Shown here: positions 54,601 through 63,940 of the stretch, one piece after another
Numbering within the stretch: the first letter of the stretch is position 1
Layout: each line of letters opens with the position of its first letter
From: an uncultured Eubacteriales bacterium
Lineage (GTDB): Bacteria > Bacillota > Clostridia > Oscillospirales > Oscillospiraceae
Reading direction: 5' to 3'
DNA length: 64,000 nt
Assembly: GCA_900545925.1 (NCBI GenBank)
Contig: URAZ01000001.1
Span: 42,614 to 106,613, forward strand
Program-made: the position numbers and the translations under genes
The notes under the pieces: model-generated
What the model was told of the DNA's origin: nothing
Seen by the model: only the letters and a program-made list of their open reading frames with translations
Database searches by the model: none

Positions 54601-55013
54601 ACCTGTTCCAGCGTTGATTCCGTAAGTCCTGTCAGGAAAATCTCACGCGTCTCGTCAACGGAAAATGTGGTTTTATAAAATCCGCTGCACGCAGGCATTC
54701 CGCCGATGCTCATCACAGCGGTATCCGGCGCAGAGAAGCCGACGGGGGTCACGGTCATCAGAAGCCGCCCGTTGTAATAGATCGAATAGGAGTCGATCTG
54801 CGCAGCGTGGCCGAATTCCGCAAGCGCATTTGTATTCGGAACACCGTTTCTCGTAATCGTATTTCCATCCGTGTCTTCGATGCAGGTCGTAAAGCCGGGT
54901 TCCGGGTCGATTCGCATTGGGGCCGCTGATTGCTCCTGTGCGGCAAAGACCTGTATGCAGAGCATAATCAGCAGCGCCGGCAGCAGCAGTCTGCGCAAAA
55001 AACGCCGTTCCAT
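51642..55013 (-). CDS. large secreted protein with N-terminal papain-like (C1-type) cysteine peptidase domain and multiple beta-sandwich / pre-peptidase-C-terminal-like repeats
   Basis: Signal peptide (LLLPALLIMLCIQVFAA). Cys-Trp active-site context NLCWAAAASNML. His motif VGGHAITLWGY, compare papain VDHAVAAVGY. The C-terminal third has about 4 repeats of an LKKGxT...Y module. ATG at 55013 after GAGGAG. Confidence 0.7.
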   Translation of the reverse strand: MERRFLRRLLLPALLIMLCIQVFAAQEQSAAPMRIDPEPGFTTCIEDTDGNTITRNGVPNTNALAEFGHAAQIDSYSIYYNGRLLMTVTPVGFSAPDTAVMSIGGMPACSGFYKTTFSVDETREIFLTGLTESTLEQVQNELTASALEDRYFNLTNVDFIDAEKEFTEVAEGEIASDANLCWAAAASNMLRFSGWGSKAGFQTEDDLFESFISAFTDAGGAYTYALDWFFNGNYRPQGIDGWAQLREPGKTGSYLSEYAADSLYQTYQISGHIDNLRLVFDALERDCAVGISIGNYISSFRVGGHAITLWGYLHDTAASPYSKEAYPAVFISDSDSDKYDGNLRREAPNRLRVMMMDGMFNGFGNDSLELDYPSWFPWRIDSFTVLEPFSTDLEKDTAGTRNKNTTTDFSVQDLCVRTSTFDNLNLSIYTIPADQAFRISGIAMNNSAVNLSSVRLQIVTTITQNGEVVWERSSQRSISRFKAYANVALSETCDSLPSGSYEATIRVSASGIAEAYLLNNTRSISFTVGTAAPYTANASVSVSIPEFDGNEAGYGTLTFSGVDSLYPTGTTLTWSVYEKYSASRGWVLAYQAYEQPETVRYESTTESVQTLVVLRPVDQSLACVMLNAGQTALRYHKMYLLSTTDNTSSCSAIAYGQNALTGSEKLSFYISNYTTSKQPITVTPRMYALRDLDGLRVDLWCGEPLEMKRGDSTESTPYTVTSWEADLPVGQYTIYAETTDELGVYSKKLSTLSVVSDKPWCSVMQTFRGDGRCAVILACSGPEGSLPFGVEYRKDGQEEANRVSANLYLNKGYITSFCISFESDASAKYSFRAFCEADDGTIYTDWCECPAPAAQLLTLDTQKTGSAGETVWEFFAPEDGVYVLSLKSTALAEVYETSRTYQSGVLSDDPMARNFYLKKGESTLIRIQTEGSYTIGFTTIPELELGQTTSCLYKTGDSERCFRFTAPADGVYLFTAAGESYAAVYISDGSVTRWERRGALQSGSPAVAGMELKKGQTAYVRLQYMTRDYRYSVSVSRPAPDVSVSDEGVRISYDPECTGLHLIALYDTDGRMVDAQSVSVQSLDMHISVVLRGTQTGFVRVFQLDAEKNTPCTAAKQIALPAA

Positions 55014-55204
55014 AGGCAACTCCTCAATTTCTTTCCATCTAAATAGTAGTATTATATCACCGGAAGCCTGTAACCGCAAGAGCGGAAATCATGCCGCACA
55101 GCTGCACCGTTTCAGACAAAAACACTCCAGTGCACAGATTGACTTTCCCCTGCTTGTCTGATATTCTTATGGTGTATTCACGCTGCGGCGCAGGAGGTCA
55201 AGCT

Positions 55205-55774
55205 ATGTCCGCTTACACCAAGCAAGCCATTAAAAATTCGTTTCTAAAACTGCTCAATGATCGACCGCTCAATCAGGTCACGGTCAAGGCAATCGTAGAG
55301 GACTGCGGCATCAACCGCAACACGTTTTATTACCATTTTACCGACATTCCCTCGCTTGCGACGGAGATCATTACCGAACGCGCTGACCAGATCATCCGGC
55401 AGTACGCCAATCCGGACTCGCCGGAGGCGTGTCTGAACGCTGCCGTGCAGTTCATGACGGAAAACCGGCGCGCAGTTATGCACATGTACCGTTCGATCAG
55501 CCATGACACTGTTGCATTTTACCTGATGCAGATCTGCCGTCACACCGTTGAGGCCTACGCTTCGGCGGCCTATGGCAATCTGCCGCTCAACAAGGAGGAC
55601 CGGGAAATCCTGACCCGCTTCTGGCAGTGTGAGTGTTATGGACAGATCGTCGAATGGCTGTCCAACGACATGAAATATGACATTCAGGCGCAGTTCAGCA
55701 GACTCTGCGCGCTGTACCGCGGTGGATTTGAGGCGATGGTGCAGCAATGCGTCAATACAGGCATTCCACACTGA
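55205..55774 (+). CDS. TetR/AcrR family transcriptional regulator
   Basis: N-terminal HTH (VTVKAIVEDCGINRNTFYYHFTDI). RBS AGGAGG. Promoter TTGACT-N17-TATTCT upstream. Confidence 0.85.
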   Translation: MSAYTKQAIKNSFLKLLNDRPLNQVTVKAIVEDCGINRNTFYYHFTDIPSLATEIITERADQIIRQYANPDSPEACLNAAVQFMTENRRAVMHMYRSISHDTVAFYLMQICRHTVEAYASAAYGNLPLNKEDREILTRFWQCECYGQIVEWLSNDMKYDIQAQFSRLCALYRGGFEAMVQQCVNTGIPH

Positions 55775-55848
55775 TTGCCCGTTTTCCTCTGCTCCCGCTT
55801 CTGCTATGATGTTAAAGAATATATCATGCTTTCACGGAGGTTCTTGAC

Positions 55849-56754
55849 ATGCGTTCCGGCTTTATTCTTTCCTGTGAATCTACCATTGATCTCCCCTATT
55901 CCTACTGTGAGCAGCGAGAGATTCCCGTTCTGTTTTATTCCTATCAGGTTGACGGTGTCAGCTACGAGGACGACATGGGCCGGGACCCGGAAGCCCTTCC
56001 GCGTTTTTATGGCTTCCTGGATGCCGGAAAGCTGCCAAGCACAGCGCAGTTGAACGAATTTCAGTACGAAACGTTTTTTGACACGCTCCTGCAGCAGGGC
56101 GACGTACTGCATATTGCGTTCGGCTCCGGTATGACGGCATCCGTACAAAATGCACTGCTCGCGGCAGAGGCGCTGCGGGAAAAATATCCGGAGCGGAAGC
56201 TGATTGTGATTGATTCGCTCTGCTCTTCGTCCGGTTACGGTCTGCTGGTTGACGGTGCAGCCGATCTGCGCGACGGAGGAAAGTCCATGGACGAGATTAC
56301 AGACTGGGTGCTTGAAAAGCGCAAAAAAGTCCATCATCAGTTTTATTCCACGGAATTGAAATTCTACCGCCGCAGCGGCCGCATGTCCGGTGCTGCAGCC
56401 GCTATCGGCACGGTTCTTGGCATCTGCCCCATCATGCGTCTGGACGATAAGGGACGCATCATCGCTTATGACAAGGTTCGCGGCAAGAAAAATGCTGTTG
56501 CACGCACAGTCGAGACGATGAAGCGTCACGCTGAAAACGGGGAAAATTATTCCGGCAAGGCGTTTATCTGCCACTCCAACTGCCTTGCAGATGCCAAGGC
56601 GACAAAGGCCGCCGTTGAGGCCGCGTTCCCACATCTGAACGGCGAGGTTCGCATCTGTGATATCGGAACGATCGTCGCATCGCATTCTGGCCCCGGCACC
56701 GTCGCAGTGTTCTTCTTTGGCGACGACCGTGCACCGGAAGGTTCGCCCGTTTAA
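55849..56754 (+). CDS. DegV family fatty-acid-binding protein
   Basis: DegV N-terminal motif ILSCESTIDLP. 301 aa. RBS GGAGG. Confidence 0.85.
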   Translation: MRSGFILSCESTIDLPYSYCEQREIPVLFYSYQVDGVSYEDDMGRDPEALPRFYGFLDAGKLPSTAQLNEFQYETFFDTLLQQGDVLHIAFGSGMTASVQNALLAAEALREKYPERKLIVIDSLCSSSGYGLLVDGAADLRDGGKSMDEITDWVLEKRKKVHHQFYSTELKFYRRSGRMSGAAAAIGTVLGICPIMRLDDKGRIIAYDKVRGKKNAVARTVETMKRHAENGENYSGKAFICHSNCLADAKATKAAVEAAFPHLNGEVRICDIGTIVASHSGPGTVAVFFFGDDRAPEGSPV

Positions 56755-56808
56755 CGTTCTCCAAAATGCTGCCCCGACTCTCCTCACAAGAAAGCCGGGG
56801 CAGTTTTT

Positions 56809-57789
56809 TCATCCCTCCGCTGCCTGTAACATTCTATCTATCAGAATACCGTAGCCCTGTGCGGGGCTGTTGACCAACACATGCGTGACCGCGCCGACCA
56901 GTTTGCCGTTTTGCAGGATTGGGCTGCCGGACATCCCCTGCACGATGCCGCCTGTCTTGGCAAGTAAGGCTTCATCTGTCACAGCGATGAGCAGATTCCG
57001 ACCGTTTTTCGCGTTTGTGTCCACACGGTCGATGCGAATGGTAAAGCGCTGTACCTGATCACCATCAACATTTGAAAGAATTTCAGCCGGACCAGTCACG
57101 ACCGCTTCAGCTGGAGCCGTTTCGACTGTCTGCCCTTGACGCGGATGGGTCATCGTGCCGAAGATCCCGCAGGCCGTATTTTTGTCCACCGTCCCCACTG
57201 TATCCGTCACGTCAAAAAGCCCATGCAACTCGCCCGGCGTTCCGCGCGTACCGGCACGGATCTCCGCCACGCTCGACCGGACCAGATAGCCGGACTGCAT
57301 CATCAAAAGCTGCGTCCCGTCCAGACTGCTGACGCCGTGGCCGAGTGCGCCGTAGCTTCCGGTTTCAGGGTCATAATAGGTGACCGTCCCGATCCCCGCG
57401 ATATGGTCGCGCACCAGAACGCCGAGCCGGTAGCCGGACGATGTTTTTTCCGGCGTCACGAGAAACTCCGCTTCCCTTCCTCCGCGCTCTACACGCACAA
57501 CGACCGGCTCGCTTGTCTGAATGCTTCCAAGCAGTGCCTGCGCACTGTCTGTTTTCTTCCCGCCCGCCATCATGATAATATCGCCCTTCCGGATTCCCGC
57601 TTGCTGCGCAGGCGTACCGCTCTCCACCTCTGTGACCATCAGCCCTTCCGCATAAAGCTTGATGCCGACTGTATATCCGCCCGGCACCAGCGTGCGGCCA
57701 GCCGCGGCAGTCTGGCAGCAAAGCGCGATCGCCAGAACGAACGCAGCCAGCGCAGCCGGTATTTTTTTATAAACAGTATTCCGCCTCAT
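56809..57789 (-). CDS. spoIVB: SpoIVB peptidase (S55), PDZ + serine peptidase
   Basis: PDZ region (GIRKGDIIMMAGG). Catalytic Ser context VQGMSGSPIL. RBS GGAGAGG. Confidence 0.8.
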   Translation of the reverse strand: MRRNTVYKKIPAALAAFVLAIALCCQTAAAGRTLVPGGYTVGIKLYAEGLMVTEVESGTPAQQAGIRKGDIIMMAGGKKTDSAQALLGSIQTSEPVVVRVERGGREAEFLVTPEKTSSGYRLGVLVRDHIAGIGTVTYYDPETGSYGALGHGVSSLDGTQLLMMQSGYLVRSSVAEIRAGTRGTPGELHGLFDVTDTVGTVDKNTACGIFGTMTHPRQGQTVETAPAEAVVTGPAEILSNVDGDQVQRFTIRIDRVDTNAKNGRNLLIAVTDEALLAKTGGIVQGMSGSPILQNGKLVGAVTHVLVNSPAQGYGILIDRMLQAAEG

Positions 57790-58023
57790 GATCTCATCCT
57801 CTCCGCAAAAGTCTCAGCGCCGTTATCTTGACCCACTGAGCCGGAAAGAAACCGCGCGCGGCACATGTAAAAGAAAGTCTGTTTTCCTTGTCATGAATTA
57901 GAAATTCTCCGATTTCCGTGAAAGCAGACGTGTTTATCAGAAAAAATATCCCGCTTTTCCGCAGAAAACCTGAGTTTCCGTTTCTGCCTCAATTTAATTT
58001 CTGCAAAAAAAGAAAAAATAGTC

Positions 58024-58051
58024 TTGACTTTTCAGAATAAATCGTTATAAT
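58024..58051 (+). promoter_or_regulatory. promoter TTGACT-N16-TATAAT driving tRNA-Gln
   Basis: Hexamers read directly from the sequence. Confidence 0.45.
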
Positions 58052-58080
58052 AATCATGCGCTTCAGAGAGAAGCCCAGTT

Positions 58081-58154
58081 AGGGGATTTGTGTAACGGTA
58101 GCACACCGGACTCTGACTCCGTTTGCGGGGGTTCGAATCCCTCATCCCCTGCCA
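58081..58154 (+). tRNA. tRNA-Gln (anticodon CTG)
   Basis: Acceptor AGGGGAT/ATCCCCT. Anticodon arm CCGGA-CUCUGAC-UCCGU, compare B. subtilis tRNA-Gln ACGGA-CUUUGAC-UCCGU. T-arm GGGGGTTCGAATCCCTC. Encoded CCA. Confidence 0.75.
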
Positions 58155-58159
58155 GAAAG

Positions 58160-58197
58160 AAAACCTGTAATCTTTAAGGATTACAGGTTTTTCTTTG
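58160..58197 (+). terminator. intrinsic terminator after tRNA-Gln
   Basis: AAACCTGTAATC tttaag GATTACAGGTTTTTCTTT. Confidence 0.65.
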
Positions 58198-58364
58198 CGT
58201 ATTCTCGGTTTTCGCCTGAAAGCAGGCTTTCAGATTCTCCTACTGGTTTTTCAGTTTTGAAAACGGTTTTTGCTTCAAAATCGGCACGAAATATCAAACG
58301 AAATCCTTTCAGCAAAACGCCCGGCAGACGGCTTGCGCGTCTGCTGGGTTTTTCTTATTCGGAT

Positions 58365-59954
58365 TCATCTTGTCAGAACTTTTCCTGCCATACTGCCGGT
58401 GAAGATACCGTTCAAGATGGCGGGGCGGCCAGCGACGAAGACGGTGTCTATGCCAGTGGAGAATTTGGCCGGGTCAGAATAGGTCGCGCAGGTATGGACA
58501 GCGGAAAGGTCAAAAAGATTCAGGTCTGCGTCCATGCCGGGGCTAAGGATGCCTTTTGTTTTCAGGCCCATGACCTTTGCAGCGCGGCCCGTGCACTTAT
58601 GCACGGCAGATTCAATGGAAAGCGCCCGCTTCTCGCGGACAAAATGCTCCAGAAGCGTTGTATAGGTGCCGTAGACGCGCGGATGGAACATACCAGTGGT
58701 GGGATAGGTACTGTCCGAGATCACGCAGCTATATGCGTCGCGCAGGATATCGCAGATATCGTCCTCGTCGGCAATAAAGTCAATCATGGTCACATCGCAA
58801 TGCGCGGCCTGCAGCAGATCGAACAGCGCGGTAAAGGGCTCCTTCCTCTCCTGCTGCGCGATGGCGGCAATGCTCTGTCCCTCATACTTGCGCAGATCTT
58901 CCAGCGAGATACTGGATGCAACGATATTCTCAAAGCCGACGAGAAGCGAGATATTCTCAAAGTCGCTGCCGGTCAGCATGCGGGCCTTGAGCGCTTCACG
59001 GAACGCGGGGTCGGACAGGTTTTCGGTCAGCGCTTCCAGACCGCCCTTCTGACTCTCCGGCGGCAGGACGTGGACAAGCTGGGTCGAACCGGCGGTATAG
59101 GGATAGACGTCGCAGGCGATCTCGACGCCCTCCTGCCGGGCCTCTTGCATCAGGCGGAGCATTTCCGGGGTGCAGCGGCGCCAGTTGGCCTTGCCGATGG
59201 ACTTGAGGTGGCTGACCTCGACCGGGTTATGCAGAGCCTTTGCGACGGCGATCATTTCGCGGAGCGCATCGACGACGCCGCTGCCCTCCTGCCGCATGTG
59301 GACGGCGATGGGAATGCCGGAATTCTGGAGCGGCTGAAGCGCTTCGATGAGCGTTTCGGTCGAATAGAAGCAGTCCGGCGCGTAGCCGAGGCCCAGCGAG
59401 ACGCCAAGTGCGCCTGCGGCAAGTTCCTGCTCGATCATCCGGTGGATCTCGGCCATCTGCGCCGCATCGAGTTCAGGTGTTCCAAAGCCCGCCGCGCAGG
59501 CGCGGATGGTGCCGCTGCCCGCAAGCATGGCTGTGTGGATGGGGCTGGGCGTCTTTTTCGCGGCGCGCAGATAGGCAGCAAGGCTGGAAAAGTCGGCGCC
59601 GTCCGGCAGCGCACCGGTAACAGGTGTCAAGTATGCCTCAATTTCTTTTTGGAATCTGCCGCCGCAGGGCGTCACAGACAGGCCGCAGTTGCCGTTGACG
59701 ATCGTGGTCAGGCCCTGCTTCAACTCAAGTTCGCCGAAATGCGGACGGAAGAGCGCCGCGTCGGCATGGCGGTGAATGTCGATGAAGCCGGGCGTAACAT
59801 ACTTCCCTGCTGCGTCAAGGCCTGTCCCGGCAGAAGCATCCTTGAGATCACCAACTGCGGCGATTTTTCCGTCTTTAATCGCAACATCGCCTGCGGCCGC
59901 CGGTGCGCCAGTTCCATCGATCAGAGTACCGTTTTGAATCAAATAATCAAACAT
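58365..59954 (-). CDS. N-acyl-D-amino-acid deacylase (D-aminoacylase) family amidohydrolase
   Basis: MFDYLIQNGTLIDGTG...GFIDIHRHAD metal-binding HxH motif of the amidohydrolase superfamily. Confidence 0.8.
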   Translation of the reverse strand: MFDYLIQNGTLIDGTGAPAAAGDVAIKDGKIAAVGDLKDASAGTGLDAAGKYVTPGFIDIHRHADAALFRPHFGELELKQGLTTIVNGNCGLSVTPCGGRFQKEIEAYLTPVTGALPDGADFSSLAAYLRAAKKTPSPIHTAMLAGSGTIRACAAGFGTPELDAAQMAEIHRMIEQELAAGALGVSLGLGYAPDCFYSTETLIEALQPLQNSGIPIAVHMRQEGSGVVDALREMIAVAKALHNPVEVSHLKSIGKANWRRCTPEMLRLMQEARQEGVEIACDVYPYTAGSTQLVHVLPPESQKGGLEALTENLSDPAFREALKARMLTGSDFENISLLVGFENIVASSISLEDLRKYEGQSIAAIAQQERKEPFTALFDLLQAAHCDVTMIDFIADEDDICDILRDAYSCVISDSTYPTTGMFHPRVYGTYTTLLEHFVREKRALSIESAVHKCTGRAAKVMGLKTKGILSPGMDADLNLFDLSAVHTCATYSDPAKFSTGIDTVFVAGRPAILNGIFTGSMAGKVLTR

Positions 59955-60019
59955 CTTTCTTTTTCCTTCGTATAGACGCAGAGCGCAAGACCGGTTCTCA
60001 GGCCCTGCGCTTTGCTTTT

Positions 60020-62353
60020 TTATTTTACAGGCTTGATATGCCAGATATCTTCGGCATACTGACAAATCGTACGGTCAGAAGAGAATTTCCCGGCAGATGC
60101 GACGTTCATGAGGCACTTGCGGCCAAAGGCGATGCGGTCGCAGTAGTCATGATTCACGCGCAGACGAGCCTTCTTATAGCTATCAAAGTCGTAGAAGATA
60201 AAATACTGATCCGGCTTGTGCCAGCTTGCACCTTCGAGCAGGGACGTATAGAGCTCGTGCTGCTCCTCGTCGGTCGGGACAGTCCCGTCGATCAGGGTAT
60301 CGACAGCGCGGCGCAGATTCGGGTTCGCCTTGTAGAAGCTGCGGGCGTTGTAATTGGGCTTCACCATGTTGATCTCCTCGACGGTCGCGCCGAAGATATA
60401 CTCGTTCTCGCTGCCTGCCTGCTCCGCGATCTCGACGTTTGCGCCGTCGAGCGTACCGAGCGTCACTGCGCCGTTCAGCATCAGCTTCATGTTGCCTGTG
60501 CCGGAGGCTTCGGTTCCGGCGGGAGAGATCTGCTCGGAAATATCAGCGGCGGGAATGATGTGCTCTGCATAGGAGCAGTTATAGTTCTGCACGAAGACGA
60601 CCTTCATCACGCTGTCCATAGCAGGATCGCTGTTGATGAGATCGGCCACGCGGTTTACATAATGAATAATTGCTTTTGCACGGCGGTAGCCCGGCGCAGC
60701 TTTTGCACCGAAGATGAATGCGGTGGGCGTAAAGTCCTTGATGCTGCCGTCCTTGATAGACAGATACAGGTCCATGATGCTCAGCGCATTGAGCAGCTGG
60801 CGCTTATACTCATGCAGGCGCTTGACCTGCACGTCAAAGATAAACGATGGGTCAAGTGCAACGCCCTCATGCTCCTCGATCACGCGGCACAGCTGGCGTT
60901 TCTTCTCAAGCTTGATGGCGTTGAACTGCTTGACGGTCATTTCGTCAATACCAGCCTTCAGTCCTTCCAGCTGGTCGAGATGTTTCAGATATCCTGCGCC
61001 GACCTTGCTGTCGAGCAGACCGCAGAGTTCCGGGTTAGACAGGCCCAGCCAGCGGCGGGGCGTAATGCCGTTGGTCTTGTTCTGGAAGCGCTCGGGGTAG
61101 ATGGCATACCAGTCTTTGAACAGATCGTCCTTGAGAATCTGAGAGTGAATCTCGGCAACGCCGTTGACAGCGGTGGACATATAGACAGACAAATTCGCCA
61201 TATGCGCCTGCCCATCCTTGACGATAAAGAGCGTTGTATGCGGGTGCTCCTGCTTGAGTTTGGCATCGATACGCTCGATAATCTCGCAGACCTCCGGCAC
61301 AACAGAACGCAGCAGTTCCAGATCCCATTTTTCAAGCGCCTCTGTCATGACAGTGTGGTTCGTATAGGAAAACACGCGGCGGGTCAGTTCAAACGCGGCA
61401 TCAAAGTCCAATCCTTCGGCCATCAGCAGACGGATCAGTTCAGGGATGGACATGGCTGGATGCGTATCGTTCAGCTGAACAGCGATGAACTCCGGCAGAC
61501 GGTAATAATCCGTGCCGTGCTCTTTGCGATAGTCGCGCAGAATGTCCTGCAGCGATGCGCTGGAGAGAACATACTGCTGCTTGACGCGCAGACGCTTGCC
61601 CTCCCATGTGGAATCGTTCGGATACAGAACGCGGGTAATATCCTCGGCCTTGTTCTTCTTTTCAAGCGCCTTGACATAGTCCTGCGCGTTAAAGGCATCG
61701 AAGTTCAGTTCTTCCTCAGCTTCGCACTGCCAGAGGCGGAGCGTGCCGACCGTCGTTGTCTCATACCCGATGACAGGCATATCATACGGGACGCAGTTGA
61801 CAGTCTGGTCGGCAAATTTGACCTTGACAGCCAGCTTGTCACGGCGGTGACTCCACGGGTCGCCGTATTTGGTCCAGTCGTCCGCGTTTTCACGCTGGCA
61901 GCCGTTTACAAACGACTGCTTGAACAAGCCGAAGCGGTAGCGCAGGCCATAGCCGGTCAGCGGCAGATCGAGCGTCGCGGCGCTGTCAAGAAAGCAGGCG
62001 GCCAGACGGCCAAGGCCGCCATTCCCGAGTGCTGCGTCCTCAATATGCTCCAGACACGCAAGATCGACGCCTTTTTCGGCAAAGGCCGCTTTCATTTCAC
62101 GCAAAATGCCAAGATTGAAGAGATTGCTGTAGACCAGACGCCCAACAAGATACTCCGCAGAAAAATAGAACGCGCGGCGGCCCGGCGCCTGACGGCGCTT
62201 AGTCTTCGTCCAGTTGGCGCTGATCTCCATCATAATGACCTGCCCAAGCGCCTCATGCAGCCGCTCTGGGGTTGTTTCCTGCAGCGTCTCGTCATGCTGG
62301 AAATGCAGCAGCGCTTCCGTCTGCTTTACGATTCGTTCCGAAAATTCGCTCAT
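60020..62353 (-). CDS. glgP: glycogen/alpha-glucan phosphorylase (GT35)
   Basis: PLP-binding EASGTGNMKLMLNGA motif. About 780 aa. RBS GGAAGGAG. Confidence 0.95.
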   Translation of the reverse strand: MSEFSERIVKQTEALLHFQHDETLQETTPERLHEALGQVIMMEISANWTKTKRRQAPGRRAFYFSAEYLVGRLVYSNLFNLGILREMKAAFAEKGVDLACLEHIEDAALGNGGLGRLAACFLDSAATLDLPLTGYGLRYRFGLFKQSFVNGCQRENADDWTKYGDPWSHRRDKLAVKVKFADQTVNCVPYDMPVIGYETTTVGTLRLWQCEAEEELNFDAFNAQDYVKALEKKNKAEDITRVLYPNDSTWEGKRLRVKQQYVLSSASLQDILRDYRKEHGTDYYRLPEFIAVQLNDTHPAMSIPELIRLLMAEGLDFDAAFELTRRVFSYTNHTVMTEALEKWDLELLRSVVPEVCEIIERIDAKLKQEHPHTTLFIVKDGQAHMANLSVYMSTAVNGVAEIHSQILKDDLFKDWYAIYPERFQNKTNGITPRRWLGLSNPELCGLLDSKVGAGYLKHLDQLEGLKAGIDEMTVKQFNAIKLEKKRQLCRVIEEHEGVALDPSFIFDVQVKRLHEYKRQLLNALSIMDLYLSIKDGSIKDFTPTAFIFGAKAAPGYRRAKAIIHYVNRVADLINSDPAMDSVMKVVFVQNYNCSYAEHIIPAADISEQISPAGTEASGTGNMKLMLNGAVTLGTLDGANVEIAEQAGSENEYIFGATVEEINMVKPNYNARSFYKANPNLRRAVDTLIDGTVPTDEEQHELYTSLLEGASWHKPDQYFIFYDFDSYKKARLRVNHDYCDRIAFGRKCLMNVASAGKFSSDRTICQYAEDIWHIKPVK

Positions 62354-62458
62354 AGATTTCTCCTTCCATGGGACCCCGCCGTACAAACTGCCGGCGGCTT
62401 TTAAAGAAGCATCCACCTATCCGGCAAGGACAGGTGGACGCCAGATAACTCGATGGTA

Positions 62459-63940
62459 TTATACACGATTTGAACGCTCTGTCAAACCTGCAATTTTTTT
62501 TGCCAGCGTTTCATTGGCTGCGCCGGGCAGCATACGCCAGCGCCAGTTCGACGGCAGAAGTCTGCCGGGCTCGTTCATGCGGGACTCCTTGCCTAAGCGC
62601 AGATAGTCCTGCATCTGCATGATAAACAGCTGCGCCTTAGACTGCATACCGGCTTCCATGATGGCGTCTGCCAGATCGTCTTCCGGCGTAATGCCGAGAT
62701 AGTTCCGGGCATAGGCGTCCGTTTCCACGTCGATCCCCTCGCACCACTGAATGAGCGTTTCATTGTCGTGCGTGCCGGTGTAGCAGATGGAGTTTTCAGG
62801 GTAGCGGTCGGGCAGATAGTTGCTCGGCTCACGCGGATCAAAGGCAAATTCCAGCACCTTCATGCCAGGGAAGCCGGAATCAATCACAAGCTGCTGTACC
62901 TCCGGCGTCAGGAAACCGAGATCCTCGGCGATAAAATCGGTATCCGGGCAATTCTTCCGGATAGCATTTACAAGCTTCATGCCGGGACCCTTGACCCATT
63001 CGCCCTTGCGGGCCGTGCGGTTGACAGCAGGAATGGCCCAGTAGCTTTCAATCCCGCGGAAATGGTCGATGCGGACAACATCGAAACTCTCCCCTGCTGC
63101 GCGCAGGCGTCGCATCCACCAGGAGAAGCCGTCCTGTTCCATGTGCGCCCAGTCATAGATGGGATTGCCCCAATACTGTCCATTGGCGTTGAAGCCGTCA
63201 GGCGGGCAGCCCGCAACGACGCGTGGACGGCGGGTACGGGTCAACTGGAAATTCTCCGGGTGCGACCAGACATCAGCGGAGTCCAGCGGAACATAGATGG
63301 GGATATCGCCGATAATCAACACACCGTTTTCATGGGCATACTCCCGCAAACGCTGCCACTGCGTGTGGAAGCAGTACTGGAGGAAGCGATGAAAATCAAG
63401 TTCGTCGTGCAGCAACTCCCGATAATGCGCCATCGCCTCGGACTGGTGCATCCGGATATCGAGCGGCCACTCGGTCCACGGGCCGTCGTTATAATATGCC
63501 TTGACGGCCATAAAGAGTACATATTCATCCAGCCACGCGCTCTGCTCACGGACATATTCCGCATAGTCTTCGGTCGGGGCCTTGTGGAATCGGCTCCATG
63601 CCAAATGCAGCACCCGTAGGCGCTGGTCGTACATTTTGGAAAAATCGACCTGATCGGCGCGGCTGCCCCAATCGATGCGGTCCAGTTCCTCCTGCAGAAG
63701 GTACCCGTCCTTAACGAGTGCATCCAAATCGATCAAATACGGGTTTCCCGCAAACGTAGAGAATGCCTGATAGGGGGAGTCCCCGTAGCCGGGCGGGTTG
63801 ATCGGGAGGATCTGCCAGTAGGTCTGCTTTGCCTCTTTCAGAAAATCAATAAAGTCATAGGCTGCTTTTCCCATGCTGCCAATGCCGTAGGGCGAGGGCA
63901 GCGAGGTAATGTGCATCAGGATTCCACTGCTTCTTTTCAT
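62459..63940 (-). CDS. malQ: 4-alpha-glucanotransferase (amylomaltase, GH77)
   Basis: MKRSSGILMHITSLPSPYGIG...WQILPINP N-terminal signature of GH77. Confidence 0.9.
   Translation of the reverse strand: MKRSSGILMHITSLPSPYGIGSMGKAAYDFIDFLKEAKQTYWQILPINPPGYGDSPYQAFSTFAGNPYLIDLDALVKDGYLLQEELDRIDWGSRADQVDFSKMYDQRLRVLHLAWSRFHKAPTEDYAEYVREQSAWLDEYVLFMAVKAYYNDGPWTEWPLDIRMHQSEAMAHYRELLHDELDFHRFLQYCFHTQWQRLREYAHENGVLIIGDIPIYVPLDSADVWSHPENFQLTRTRRPRVVAGCPPDGFNANGQYWGNPIYDWAHMEQDGFSWWMRRLRAAGESFDVVRIDHFRGIESYWAIPAVNRTARKGEWVKGPGMKLVNAIRKNCPDTDFIAEDLGFLTPEVQQLVIDSGFPGMKVLEFAFDPREPSNYLPDRYPENSICYTGTHDNETLIQWCEGIDVETDAYARNYLGITPEDDLADAIMEAGMQSKAQLFIMQMQDYLRLGKESRMNEPGRLLPSNWRWRMLPGAANETLAKKIAGLTERSNRV

Noticed and set aside
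59955-60019. Apparent plus-strand T-run terminator (GCTTTGCTTTTTTATTTT) between D-aminoacylase and glgP
   Set aside because: Both flanking genes are on the minus strand, so a plus-strand U-tract is not a terminator for them. The stem is also imperfect. Probably just the AT-rich promoter region of the D-aminoacylase gene.
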